Assembly (NCBI GenBank): GCA_005790545.1
Contig: SXUL01000068.1
Coordinates: forward strand, 20,623 to 84,622
Direction: 5' to 3'
Length of the DNA stretch: 64,000 nt
From: Planctomycetia bacterium
GTDB lineage: Bacteria > Planctomycetota > GCA-002687715
Part shown: piece by piece, positions 1 through 9,305 of the stretch
Numbering within the stretch: position 1 is the first letter of the stretch
Layout: every line of letters begins with the position of its first letter
Position numbers and translations under genes: made by a program
The notes under the pieces: generated by a model
What the model was told of the DNA's origin: nothing
What the model saw: the letters and a program-made list of their open reading frames with translations, nothing else
The model's database searches: none

Positions 1-1470
1 CGTTTCGCGCGTGGCTTCGCCGCCGCGAGGATCACGTGTCGCGAGCCAATCCGTTGCGCGCGCAAGCGGCGGCCGTCCATCGGTGGTGGGACGGAAGTCC
101 GGAAGATGCGGGAGTTCCACGGGCAACGCGTCATCGGGGAGAGGAACAGCCTCGCCATCCTTGCCGATCACGATCGGGAATGGCTCACCCCAGTAGCGCT
201 GGCGCGAGAAGAGCCAGTCACGCAAGGCGTACTGCACGCGCTGGCGCCCCACCCCCCGTTTCTCGAGATCCGCGCTGACGCGTTCCTTGAACTCCGCTGT
301 GGCCAGGCCGTCATACGGGCCGGAGTTGATGGCGATGCCGTCGCCGGTGAAGGGCAGTTCCGTGGCAGCGTCGGCTTCCACCGCACGCACCACGGGTTTC
401 ACGGACAGTGCGAAGGTGCGCGCAAAGGCGTGGTCGCGTGTGTCGTGGGCGGGCACTGCCATGATGGCGCCTGTCCCATAGCCCGCGAGCACGTAATCCG
501 CGATCCAGATGGGGAGGAGTTCGCCGGTGAGCGGGTGCCGCGCGTGGGCTCCGGTGTCGACGCCGGTCTTCTCTTCGGCTTCGGCCTTGCGGTCGCGCTC
601 GCTCTTCCGTGAGCTCTTCTCGATGTACGCCTCGACCTTGGCGCGTTGTGCCGCCGTGGTGATGCGCAGCACGAGCGGATGTTCAGGTGCGAGGACGCAC
701 CATGTCACTCCGAAGAGTGTGTCCGGACGTGTGGTGAAGACGGTGAAGCGCTCGTCGGCGTCAGCGACGGCGAAGTCGATTTCGGCGCCGTACGATTTGC
801 CGATCCAGTCGCGCTGCATCTTCTTGACGGGTTCCGGCCAATCGAGCAGATCCAGGTCCGTGATGAGTCGTTCCGCGTAGCGGGTGATGCGGAGCATCCA
901 TTGCGTCATCAAGCGCCGCTCGACGGGGTCGCCGGTTTCCTTGTAGGTCCCTTCCGGTGAGACCTCTTCGTTCGCCAGCACGGTGCCAAGCGCGGGACAC
1001 CAGTTCACGGGAATCTCGGCGCGGTAGGCAAGCCCGCGCTCCATCAAGCGCAAGAAAATCCACTGTGTCCAGCGGTAGTAGTCCGGCGTGCTGGTGTTGA
1101 TCTCGCGTTCCCAGTCGTAGCTGAATCCGAGGCGTTTGATCTGGCGCCGGAAGTTGTCCGTGTTGCGCTGGGTGATCAGCGCGGGATGCAGCCCCTCGCG
1201 CTCCGCCGCCCGTTCGGCGGGGAGGCCGAACGCATCCCAGCCCATGGGATGGAGCACGTTGAAGCCGCTCATGCGCTTCCAGCGCGCAAGGATGTCTGTG
1301 GCGGTGTAGCCCTCGGGATGTCCGACGTGCAAGCCGGCGCCGGAGGGGTACGGGAACATGTCGAGGACGTAGTACTTCGGGCGCGCGGGGTCTTCCGTCA
1401 CGCGGAACGTGCGTTGCTCATCCCAGTACTGCTGCCAGCGGGGTTCGATGCTCTTCGGGTCATAGGCCAT
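1..1470 (-). CDS. leuS: leucine--tRNA ligase, N-terminal ~490 codons (rest lies beyond the window start)
   Basis: Absent from the ORF track because it runs off the window edge. My translation of the minus strand from the ATG at 1470 reads [86 protein letters not shown]... This carries the class I HIGH motif (HVGH) and a canonical LeuS N-terminus. The frame stays open to position 1. Confidence 0.93.
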   Translation of the reverse strand, partial: MAYDPKSIEPRWQQYWDEQRTFRVTEDPARPKYYVLDMFPYPSGAGLHVGHPEGYTATDILARWKRMSGFNVLHPMGWDAFGLPAERAAEREGLHPALITQRNTDNFRRQIKRLGFSYDWEREINTSTPDYYRWTQWIFLRLMERGLAYRAEIPVNWCPALGTVLANEEVSPEGTYKETGDPVERRLMTQWMLRITRYAERLITDLDLLDWPEPVKKMQRDWIGKSYGAEIDFAVADADERFTVFTTRPDTLFGVTWCVLAPEHPLVLRITTAAQRAKVEAYIEKSSRKSERDRKAEAEEKTGVDTGAHARHPLTGELLPIWIADYVLAGYGTGAIMAVPAHDTRDHAFARTFALSVKPVVRAVEADAATELPFTGDGIAINSGPYDGLATAEFKERVSADLEKRGVGRQRVQYALRDWLFSRQRYWGEPFPIVIGKDGEAVPLPDDALPVELPHLPDFRPTTDGRPPLARATDWLATRDPRGGEATRET

Positions 1471-1601
1471 CGGGACAGGACTCCAGAGGGTTCAGCACGT
1501 CGCGGCGCATGGTATCGGCGCTCGCCACGCGGAGCACGTGCACCGCGGAGACGTTGTGCCCGGGGCAGGAGTACCATAAGGTGGTCACCCTGATCGACCT
1601 G

Positions 1602-2156
1602 ATGAAACCCAGGCCGCAAGACAATCAACCGCGGAAACCCCGCGGCTCCTCCGGACGAGCCGACTCGAGCGGCGGGACCTTCGATGATGCGAAGGGTACG
1701 GACAACGTCCACGACGAGTTGCAAACCTGCAAGCTCATCGACGGGCTCGAGTTCCGCCACGGCGTGGATCCTTCGACTCTGGATCTCCAGATCCGGCATG
1801 GCCGGGGCAGCATCCGCGGACTCGTGACCGACCAGGAGGAAATCGACGCCATCCGTGACTCCCTCATGGAGGAGGGCGGTATCACCGACCTCGAGGTGTC
1901 GCTCCGCATCGCGCCGACCATGCGCGAAGAGGACCGGGATCTGGCGCGCTCGTTGCAGATGGATCTCGAAAACGTCCGCGGACTCGCGGAAGCGGACATC
2001 CGTGTCGCCTGCGTGCAGAGCGCGGCGGGTCAACGCACGGTGGTGCTGCGCGGTTCCGTGACGCGCATGGTGCAGAAGCAACTCGCGGGCCTCGTGGTGC
2101 TGCGGCGCCACGACGAACTGCGACTCAGAAACCGTCTGCTCGTCGTCGGCCGCTGA
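1602..2156 (+). CDS. hypothetical protein with two BON-like segments
   Basis: Part of ORF 1509..2156. GC3 bias favours this frame over the antisense ORF 1398..2111. Segments ...GSIRGLVTDQEEIDAIRDSL... and ...TVVLRGSVTRMVQKQLAGLVV...NRLLVV fit the BON pattern. The start is uncertain: ATG 1602 was chosen, and GTG 1581 is also in frame. Confidence 0.5.
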   Translation: MKPRPQDNQPRKPRGSSGRADSSGGTFDDAKGTDNVHDELQTCKLIDGLEFRHGVDPSTLDLQIRHGRGSIRGLVTDQEEIDAIRDSLMEEGGITDLEVSLRIAPTMREEDRDLARSLQMDLENVRGLAEADIRVACVQSAAGQRTVVLRGSVTRMVQKQLAGLVVLRRHDELRLRNRLLVVGR

Positions 2157-2160
2157 ATCT

Positions 2161-3333
2161 TCACGGATTCGGCGCGTCGGGCTCGAGCAGCCAGCGCCGC
2201 GCGGTCGAGAGTTCCGCGGCGAGGCTCTCTTCGAGACTCATCCCGGCGAGATGCGCTGGCAGAACGCCAAAGCTGTAGGTCTCGACCTCGTAATGGGTGC
2301 ACGGCAGTGCGCTGAGCATGCGCAGGGTGCGCGGCAGTCCCTCGGCTGTGCTCCTGAGCGGTAAAGCAGGCTCCGCATGAATAGGGATATGGAAGTGTGT
2401 GCGTGCGAGGCCACGGGCGCCATGTGGCAGGCGCTCGAGATCCTCCGCCACGAACATGGCATGTCCACAGCGCACACTGGTCTGATGCAGCCATCGTTCT
2501 TCCGCACAATGCGTGAGAGCTGCGAGGCCGTGCGGGAGATCCGTTTCAAGCGCCGCGCTGATCTGCACCTTCAGGATTGCGATTCCGGCTGAGGAAAGCG
2601 ACTGGAGGGCGGAGCTGGTGCTCTCGTGCATGACCGCGGCGTGGCAGCAATCGAAACAACTTCCGATGTGCTTCCGGAGTGTGGCCCCGTCGAGACCGAG
2701 CGCTGCGGCCGCCGGGACAAGTTCGCGTACGAACCAGTCGGCCAGATCGGCCTGCGTTTCGAGGATGCAAGCAGGCTCCGGTTCAATGGCCAACTGGATG
2801 AGTCTGCCGGCTGTCGAGCTGAGCTGGACAAGACCTTGGGCTACCCGCGCGAGTTGTGCTGCAGCCGCGGCCCGGAACCCAGGCTTGGCGCGGAGGAGTG
2901 CGTGATGACCGAGAGGCAGTGTCGAGAGCGTGAGGGGCTCGCTGCCAGGCGCGGCGATGCGTGCGAGGGCCGCGGCGGCGGCAAGGGTGTAGTCAGCGCG
3001 CTCGGGGGCGGACCAGTCCGGCGCGTACACACGTTCCTTCACGCGCGGGGCGTGGAACGCGCGCTGCGGAAACACATTGGCCGTGACCACAAAGAGCTGT
3101 TCGTGCGCGAGCACCTGTCTCAGTAGTGCGCTGGCGTCTGGGGATTCGAGTTCGCGCACGAGTGGTTCATGCAGATGCAAGCCGACCCCCAGCGAGTCCG
3201 CTGCCAGCCGCTGGCGCACGCGGGCCGTGGTGGTCTGAAGGGTGTGGGCGAGTTGGTCAAGCGTCTCCGCCGGATGCACGTTGCCACCGTAGGAAAGCTG
3301 GATGGGTGGCCGGTTTTCGCGCACGAGTCGCAT
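2161..3333 (-). CDS. xylose-isomerase-like TIM-barrel protein, EboE-like (putative)
   Basis: 390-aa ORF with an ATG at 3333. The N-terminus IQLSYGGNVHPAETLDQL resembles the (L)TYCTN(I)HPGE start I recall for EboE-type TIM-barrel proteins, and the ~390 aa size fits. The family assignment is from memory only. Confidence 0.6.
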   Translation of the reverse strand: MRLVRENRPPIQLSYGGNVHPAETLDQLAHTLQTTTARVRQRLAADSLGVGLHLHEPLVRELESPDASALLRQVLAHEQLFVVTANVFPQRAFHAPRVKERVYAPDWSAPERADYTLAAAAALARIAAPGSEPLTLSTLPLGHHALLRAKPGFRAAAAAQLARVAQGLVQLSSTAGRLIQLAIEPEPACILETQADLADWFVRELVPAAAALGLDGATLRKHIGSCFDCCHAAVMHESTSSALQSLSSAGIAILKVQISAALETDLPHGLAALTHCAEERWLHQTSVRCGHAMFVAEDLERLPHGARGLARTHFHIPIHAEPALPLRSTAEGLPRTLRMLSALPCTHYEVETYSFGVLPAHLAGMSLEESLAAELSTARRWLLEPDAPNP

Positions 3334-3360
3334 GGCCGCAGTGTAGCGGTGGGTGAGTGC

Positions 3361-4167
3361 TCAGGCTTCCGTGCTGAGTACACGGGGGAAGGCTGCACGG
3401 CGTGGCGTGGCCGCAGATTTCGGCCTGTCGACCTCGGGCTTCGGCGGAGCGATTGGCGTCAGCGTCGCCCCGCTGCGACGTGTCATGAGGTCGAAGCTGC
3501 GCAGCGGAAGCAGGAGATCCTCCGCCGGTGCGCTTGCGGACCAATGGGTCTGGAGCTGTCTCAGAGCCAGTGCAGCGCGCTGCATCGAATGTCGCGTGCG
3601 CAGGCGTTGGGCGGCGCGTCGGAGTTCGCCCGCGTCCACATCGAGGCCTTCGGGCATGAGGCGGGCGACAGAGAGCGCGGTGAGAGCGCGCCGTGCAAGC
3701 GCGGCAAGTTCGCGCTGCGTGCGGGCTCCGGCACGGCGCATCAACGCGCGCACGACAGTGATGCCACCTATGCTGAGTGCAGCCGCAGCGGCGGCTTGTG
3801 TGAGCATCGGGATTCCTGCACTCAGGCCCACGAGTGCCATGAGTCCGGATGCGATGGCGAGTGCGGCCGCGAGGCCGATGGGCCAGGGGACGATGGTCCA
3901 GCGTTGCATGGCCTGAGCGCTGCGTTGCCGAAGCTCCATTTCCTTCGCGAGATCCTCGAGCGCGTCAGCCACCGGGTCTTTGAGGCTCGTGGTGCTCGTG
4001 AGCTGACGCTCGATGTCCTTCAGCGCCGAACGGAGTTCCTGTTCGCGCGTGTGTTGCCGGAGGTCGTGCCTGCGGGCGGCGTGGAGCGTGTCGTCGAGCA
4101 CGCTTTGCAAGGTGAGCGCTGACGGAGTGTCCCCCGCCGCGGGAATTGTTCTCTCGGGCTGCAACAT
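3361..4167 (-). CDS. hypothetical membrane protein (coiled-coil N-terminus, two central TM helices)
   Basis: 268-aa ORF with good GC3 codon usage, unlike the overlapping +317-aa ORF 3169..4122. Hydrophobic stretch WPIGLAAALAIASGLMALVGLSAGIPMLTQAAAAAALSIGGITVV. It ends 27 nt upstream of the EboE-like gene on the same strand. Confidence 0.7.
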   Translation of the reverse strand: MLQPERTIPAAGDTPSALTLQSVLDDTLHAARRHDLRQHTREQELRSALKDIERQLTSTTSLKDPVADALEDLAKEMELRQRSAQAMQRWTIVPWPIGLAAALAIASGLMALVGLSAGIPMLTQAAAAAALSIGGITVVRALMRRAGARTQRELAALARRALTALSVARLMPEGLDVDAGELRRAAQRLRTRHSMQRAALALRQLQTHWSASAPAEDLLLPLRSFDLMTRRSGATLTPIAPPKPEVDRPKSAATPRRAAFPRVLSTEA

Positions 4168-4283
4168 GTCTGGCCGGTTGCCTTTCGGAAGCGGTGCCCC
4201 GCTGACTTGAGCGAAAGACGATGGGGCGCGCGACTTTGCGGCTTCTGCAAGGCCGCTAGCATGACCTCATTGAAAGGGTTCAT

Positions 4284-5264
4284 ATGCGCCTGAAGCTGCT
4301 GCAAGTGGGATTGGGACCGATCGGTGTCGCCATGGCGAAGAAAGCGCTCGCGCGCGGCCACGACATCGTGGGTGCCGTGGATGTCGACCCGACATTGGTC
4401 GGGAAGGATGTGGCCTCCGTGCTTGGCGGAGCAGCCTCCGGGAAGGTCTGCGCGCGGGTGGAAGACGCGCCCGACGCGGATGTGGCGCTCGTCACGACGG
4501 TGAGCGATCTTGAGCGCGTGGTGCCGTCGTGCGTTCCGCTGCTGCGGCGTGGGATCGCGGTGGTCTCCACCTGCGAAGAACTGATCTACCCATGGAAGAG
4601 TCTGCCGGCTGCTTCGCGCCAGCTCGATGAGGCCGCCCGCATGGGCAACACTGCCTGCCTCGGTGCAGGCATCAATCCGGGGTTCGTGCTCGACTTCCTG
4701 CCGGTCATTCTCACGGCGCCGGTGGAGGAAGTGCGTTCCATCAAGGGCTTCCGCGTGGTTGATGCGGGGCTGCGGCGCGGACCGCTGCAGAAGAAGGTGG
4801 GTGCGGGCCTCAGTGTGGCGGAGTTCGAAGCCCGTGTGGCTGGCGGTGGCTTCGGTCACCGCGGTTTCCTCGAATCCCTGCACCTTCTTTGTGCCGCGTT
4901 CGGCCTGGATGTATCGGGCGCAGAAACTCTCATCGAGCCGGTCATCTCGGAAACCGAGATCAAGACCGAGCACGCCCATGTGCGCCCCGGTTTCGTCGCG
5001 GGTGTGCATCAAGGAGCGCGTGACAAGTCAGGCCGCATCGTGCTCGATCTCAAGATGTACGTTGGTGCTCCGGATCCGAAGGATTCCGTGGTGATCGAGG
5101 GGACGCCGAGCTTCCGTGCGGTGATCGAAGGCGGATACCACGGCGACATCGCCACGTGCGCCATCGCGCTCAACGCTGCCGAGAAGATCAAGAGCGCGAT
5201 ACCCGGACTGCGCACCATGCTCGACATGCCCGCGCTCAACGCGCCCTTCGCGCGCCTCGGCTGA
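4284..5264 (+). CDS. NAD(P)-dependent DapB-like oxidoreductase, 2,4-diaminopentanoate dehydrogenase / amine dehydrogenase family
   Basis: Rossmann N-terminus LQVGLGPIGVAMAKKAL. Blocks VSTCEELIYPW, LGAGINPGFVLDFLPVILT, GHRGFLESL and PGLRTMLDMP match my recollection of the Ord/amine-dehydrogenase family. Confidence 0.75.
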   Translation: MRLKLLQVGLGPIGVAMAKKALARGHDIVGAVDVDPTLVGKDVASVLGGAASGKVCARVEDAPDADVALVTTVSDLERVVPSCVPLLRRGIAVVSTCEELIYPWKSLPAASRQLDEAARMGNTACLGAGINPGFVLDFLPVILTAPVEEVRSIKGFRVVDAGLRRGPLQKKVGAGLSVAEFEARVAGGGFGHRGFLESLHLLCAAFGLDVSGAETLIEPVISETEIKTEHAHVRPGFVAGVHQGARDKSGRIVLDLKMYVGAPDPKDSVVIEGTPSFRAVIEGGYHGDIATCAIALNAAEKIKSAIPGLRTMLDMPALNAPFARLG

Positions 5265-5357
5265 GCACGAAGCCTCGGGCACAAAGCAGGAAACCTCCCC
5301 GCAGATCGCCCACCGTGCGTACCAAGGCACGCACTTGTGATCCGCGGGAAGGTCCCG

Positions 5358-5376
5358 GTGCCCGGCATTCGGGCAC
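5358..5376. terminator. GC-rich hairpin between convergent genes (possible terminator)
   Basis: GTGCCCG-GCATT-CGGGCAC: 7-bp stem, 5-nt loop, lying between the stop at 5264 (+) and the stop at 5410 (-). There is no clear U-tract. Confidence 0.3.
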
Positions 5377-5409
5377 TGTCATGTTCATAGAGCGCTGCTC
5401 TCCGGGCTT

Positions 5410-6537
5410 TCAGGCTGTTCCGAGAATCGCTCGCATCTCGGCGCAGACGTCGGTGTGTGTTGTGGTTGGCAGCATCGTGTTGCACCAGAGACGTGCCGCA
5501 TCGTCATCAAGTCGAGCCAGCGCCCAAAGCGCATGCACGCGCAACACGCCGTCGTGGCGCTTGAGGATGTGCGTGACAGCAGGAACCAGTTTGCGATCGC
5601 CGCTGTTGCCTGCAGCGATGAGACAGTTGCGCACGAAGTGAATCCAGCCTGTGCGCAGCAACGGCGATCCGTCAAACATGCGCCGGAACGCAAGATCAGA
5701 GAGTCCGAGCAGAGACTCGAGTTCTGCAGAGGCGAGCACCTCGCGCGGACGGAAAGCCACGCTCACCGGATGTCGTGCAAAGCGGTTCCACGGACAGGCG
5801 GCGAGACAGAGATCGCAACCGAAGATCCAGCCGCCCATGAGGGGGCGGAGTTCCCGCGGAATGATGCCCCGGTGTTCGATGGTGAGGTAGGAAATGCAGC
5901 GCCGTGCATCCAGCACAAAAGGCTGGGGAAAGGCCTTGGTGGGGCAGACATCAAGACAGGCCGTGCACTGGCCGCAGCGTTCCGGTTGCACGACGGGCGT
6001 GACCTCGACTTCGAGCGCAGTCAGGAGCAGCGCGAGGAAACTCCATGATCCACGGGCAGGATGTATGAGATTGGTGTGCTTGCCGATGAACCCGAGCCCT
6101 GCGAGTTCCGCACATCGTTTCTCGTTGATGGGAGACGTGTCGACAAGCGCGCGAATGGAACTGCCGGGCCTCGCGGTTTCGATCTCTGCTGCCGCTGCGT
6201 TGAGCATGTCCTTCACGACGAGGTGGTAGTCATGCCCGCGCGCGTAGGTGGCGACGCGTGAGTTCATCGCGGCGGAGTCTGGCAGGTCAGTGCCGTATTC
6301 GACGAGGGCGATCGCGATGCTCCTCGTTTTCGGAAACGCTGCGGCGAGATCCGCACGCACAGCGCCGTGCTCATGCATCCAGTGCATCCCGCCGTGCATG
6401 CCCGCAGCGAGCCATTCCCGGAAGTGTGGCTCCGTGTACGCGCTGCTTTGAATCACACCCGCTTCATGGAAGCCGGCACGCAGCAATGCACCTCGGAGGA
6501 GCTCGGCGTTGGTCACGCCGGGATCATAGGGCGTCAA
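5410..6537 (-). CDS. queG: epoxyqueuosine reductase
   Basis: Two 4Fe-4S Cys clusters (CGQCTACLDVCP and CDLCLAACPWN), the motif YARGHDYH, and a HEAT-like C-terminus. The start is a TTG that overlaps the upstream stop (TTGA). Confidence 0.9.
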   Translation of the reverse strand: MTPYDPGVTNAELLRGALLRAGFHEAGVIQSSAYTEPHFREWLAAGMHGGMHWMHEHGAVRADLAAAFPKTRSIAIALVEYGTDLPDSAAMNSRVATYARGHDYHLVVKDMLNAAAAEIETARPGSSIRALVDTSPINEKRCAELAGLGFIGKHTNLIHPARGSWSFLALLLTALEVEVTPVVQPERCGQCTACLDVCPTKAFPQPFVLDARRCISYLTIEHRGIIPRELRPLMGGWIFGCDLCLAACPWNRFARHPVSVAFRPREVLASAELESLLGLSDLAFRRMFDGSPLLRTGWIHFVRNCLIAAGNSGDRKLVPAVTHILKRHDGVLRVHALWALARLDDDAARLWCNTMLPTTTHTDVCAEMRAILGTA

Positions 6538-8111
6538 CGGGCAGGTTTGCGGCGCAGCTCGTCAATGAGATCGCAGGCAATCTTCCGCAGTCCGGTGCTG
6601 GAGCGAGGTTTTGTCGCGAATTCGAAGTATGCGTCGTTCTCGCGGGTGTGTGCAGGCCAGGACTGGATGGCTGCGCCTTCAGGAGAACCGGTGCGTGCGA
6701 ACTGCACCCATGTGCCGAGCATCAGCTCCGAGAGCTTCTGCTCTGCTGGCCGGGCAACGACGTCCGGGAGATTGCCGAAGACGTACGGGATTTCGAGCCC
6801 GTGCCGAGCAGCCTTGGTGCGCCGAGCAAGCGGCGCGGGGACGTGCGTGAACTGATAGAGCCACGCCTGCCCGTTGTCGGCCGTGATGGCGCGGGCGAGT
6901 TCACGCGCCGGTGTGGCGAAGAAGAGGTCCGTGAGGAGTTGCTGCAACTGGGTGTTGTCGGGTTCGGCATCGAGGACTCCCGGGTAGAGCTTCAGCAGGG
7001 TTTCAGCCCCAGATCCGACATAGCCCTGCAGAATGCCGAGCAGCTCGTCAGGTTTGCGCGGCTGCACGCCGGGCATGAACACGGATCCATCGCCGGAGTT
7101 GGTTCCGATGAGCACCGGCACGTGGTGGAACGCGCCACGAGCCATGAGCACGTCCGGAGCGTCAGGAGTGAACTTGCCATCCACATGTGGGCCGAAGGTC
7201 GTGCCTTGATCGCGGAAGATGGTGGGCTTGAAGGTGGTGAGCAGATCCGTGGCCGACTTGGCCCGGAGTTGCGAGAGCGCGTCGGGCCCGCGCACGTCCG
7301 CGGCGATGCCGAGCCTTGTCTGCGCTTTCAATCCCGCAGACTCCGCTCCCGCTTGACGCAGGAGACCTGCGCGTGCGGCGCCGCCGCTTTCTGCGATGGC
7401 GCGCTGAAAGAGTCCTTTGGCTTCGGGCACCACCAACAGCCAGCACACACTCGCAGCTCCTGCGGATTCACCAAAGATGGTGACGTTGCCGGGGTCGCCA
7501 CCGAAGGCTCCGATGTTCTCGTGCACCCAGCGGAGAGCCGCCACCTGGTCCTTCAGCCCCTGATTCCCCGATGTGCCATCCGGGGCTGCCGCGCTGAGTG
7601 CCGGGTGCGCGAAGAATCCGAGTGGCCCCAGACGGTAGTTGATGGTGACGAGCACCACGCCTGCGCGTGCGAAAGCTGCGCCGTCATAGAAGGACCTTGA
7701 GCCGGAACCGACCACCATGCCTCCTCCGTGGATCCACACCATGACGGGGCGCTTGACTGAGGGATCACCCGCTTGCGCCCACACATTCAAGTAGAGGCAG
7801 TCTTCGCTCTGCGTGGCCGAAGGGCGTGTCCCTGCCGTTGCCAGGGCGGGCTGAGGGCACTCAGGTCCGAAGTTTGTGCAGGGACGCGGAGCGCTCCATG
7901 GCGTCGGGGCGGCGGGGGGCATCCAGCGCAGCTCGCCGACAGGCGGCGCCGCGAAGGGGATGCCTTTCCAGACATGCAGGCTGGGCGTACCCGGAAGGAT
8001 GGCTCCCGTGACAGGACCGCAGTGGGTCTGGACGCAGGTCGGGTCGGGGCTGACGTTCTGAGCTGCAAGCTGGAGGCAGAGAAGCAAGAGCGCGAGGGTG
8101 AAGCGTTGCAT
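6534..8111 (-). CDS. secreted carboxylesterase/lipase, type B family
   Basis: GESAGA nucleophile elbow, WIHGGGMVVGS oxyanion region, and signal peptide MQRFTLALLLLCLQLAAQ from the internal ATG at 8111. The ORF-track entry extends to 8177. Confidence 0.9.
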   Translation of the reverse strand: MQRFTLALLLLCLQLAAQNVSPDPTCVQTHCGPVTGAILPGTPSLHVWKGIPFAAPPVGELRWMPPAAPTPWSAPRPCTNFGPECPQPALATAGTRPSATQSEDCLYLNVWAQAGDPSVKRPVMVWIHGGGMVVGSGSRSFYDGAAFARAGVVLVTINYRLGPLGFFAHPALSAAAPDGTSGNQGLKDQVAALRWVHENIGAFGGDPGNVTIFGESAGAASVCWLLVVPEAKGLFQRAIAESGGAARAGLLRQAGAESAGLKAQTRLGIAADVRGPDALSQLRAKSATDLLTTFKPTIFRDQGTTFGPHVDGKFTPDAPDVLMARGAFHHVPVLIGTNSGDGSVFMPGVQPRKPDELLGILQGYVGSGAETLLKLYPGVLDAEPDNTQLQQLLTDLFFATPARELARAITADNGQAWLYQFTHVPAPLARRTKAARHGLEIPYVFGNLPDVVARPAEQKLSELMLGTWVQFARTGSPEGAAIQSWPAHTRENDAYFEFATKPRSSTGLRKIACDLIDELRRKPAR

Positions 8112-8175
8112 GGCGTATCTACGGCTGAGCCGAGCGGAGCTTTCCCTGCCGGACTCTCCGGGTAGGATCTGAACC

Positions 8176-8796
8176 ATGGTTCAAGTGATGTGCGCTCAGC
8201 GCACCAAGCTCCGCCGCGCTGAGATTCTCGCCGCAGCCAGCGAGGTGTTTCGGGCCAAGGGCTTCCATGCCGCGGGGATGCGAGACATTGCCGCACGCCT
8301 CGATGTGGCCGTTGGGAAGCTGTACTACTGGTTCCCTTCGAAGGAGGCCTTGCTCGCCTTTTGCCAGGAGGATTGCCTCACCCGGCTGCTGGCCATGATC
8401 GCAGTCGCCGAGGAAGAGCATGTCACGGCCGTGGACGCCTTGCGGGCGCTCATCCGGGGGCACCTGCGTTGCCTCAATGCCGAGGTGCCAGGTTCTCTCG
8501 CACACCTCGAAACGGAGAGCCTCTCCAGCACGGACCGGCCGCGCATCCTGCGTCAGCGACGCCGTTACGAGGAAGCCGTGACGGCAGTCATCGCGCGCGG
8601 TGTGCGCAAGGGTGAATTGCAGGTGAAGGACGCCCGCGTTGCCGCTTGCGTGCTTCTCGGGGCACTCAACTGGACAGTGAAATGGTGGCGACCGGATGGG
8701 CGCCTCGGGCTGGACGCGCTCGCGGAGGCCATGGCGGATCAACTGGTGGATGGACTCTGCGTGCGTGGCCCCGCGCGGAAGAGGAGGCGGAAATGA
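8176..8796 (+). CDS. TetR/AcrR family transcriptional regulator
   Basis: N-terminal HTH RRAEILAAASEVFRAKGFHAAGMRDIAARLDVAVGKLYYWFPSKEAL. It is divergent from the esterase (64-nt spacer) and overlaps the next gene by ATGA. Confidence 0.9.
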   Translation: MVQVMCAQRTKLRRAEILAAASEVFRAKGFHAAGMRDIAARLDVAVGKLYYWFPSKEALLAFCQEDCLTRLLAMIAVAEEEHVTAVDALRALIRGHLRCLNAEVPGSLAHLETESLSSTDRPRILRQRRRYEEAVTAVIARGVRKGELQVKDARVAACVLLGALNWTVKWWRPDGRLGLDALAEAMADQLVDGLCVRGPARKRRRK

Positions 8797-9305
8797 GCAG
8801 GATGCGAACGGACACATTCACCGTCAACGGCGAGCGCCGCGAGGTCGCGTACCCCGCGCACCACACGCTCCTTGAGGTGTTGCGCGAAGAACTCGCGCTC
8901 ACGGGCACCAAGCATGGGTGCGATCTTGGCGAGTGCGGAACGTGCACCGTGCTGGTGAATGGTGAACCAATCCTTGCATGTCTCGCCATGGCGGCCGACA
9001 TGGCAGGCAAGTCCATCGAGACTGTGGAGGGGCTGGCGACGGGACCGGTGCTGCATCCTCTCCAGCGCTGCTTCGCGGACATGGGCGCGGCTCAGTGTGG
9101 CTACTGCACACCCGGCATGCTCATGAGTGCGAAAGCCCTGCTGGCTGAAAACGCCGCGCCGAGTGAGGACGAAGTGCGCTCCGCCTTGGCGGGCAATCTT
9201 TGTCGTTGCACGGGCTATCAGCAAATCGTGGAGGCTGTGCGGGCCGCGGGTTCGGAACTGAAGACGCAGGGCTGCGGAGCGAAGGGAGCTGCTTCTCATG
9301 GCTGA
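8793..9305 (+). CDS. (2Fe-2S)-binding small subunit of a xanthine dehydrogenase-family enzyme (HcrC/CoxS-like)
   Basis: The internal ATG at 8793 gives MSRMRTDTFTVNGERREV... Motifs CDLGECGTCTV and CGYCTPGM...CRCTGY mark the two [2Fe-2S] sites. Confidence 0.9.
   Translation: MSRMRTDTFTVNGERREVAYPAHHTLLEVLREELALTGTKHGCDLGECGTCTVLVNGEPILACLAMAADMAGKSIETVEGLATGPVLHPLQRCFADMGAAQCGYCTPGMLMSAKALLAENAAPSEDEVRSALAGNLCRCTGYQQIVEAVRAAGSELKTQGCGAKGAASHG

Noticed and set aside
3169-4122. The +317-aa ORF as an alternative to the minus-strand gene 3361..4167.
   Set aside because: The minus frame shows the GC3-rich codon pattern, a coiled-coil and two clean TM helices. The plus translation is Arg/Cys/His-rich with no structure.
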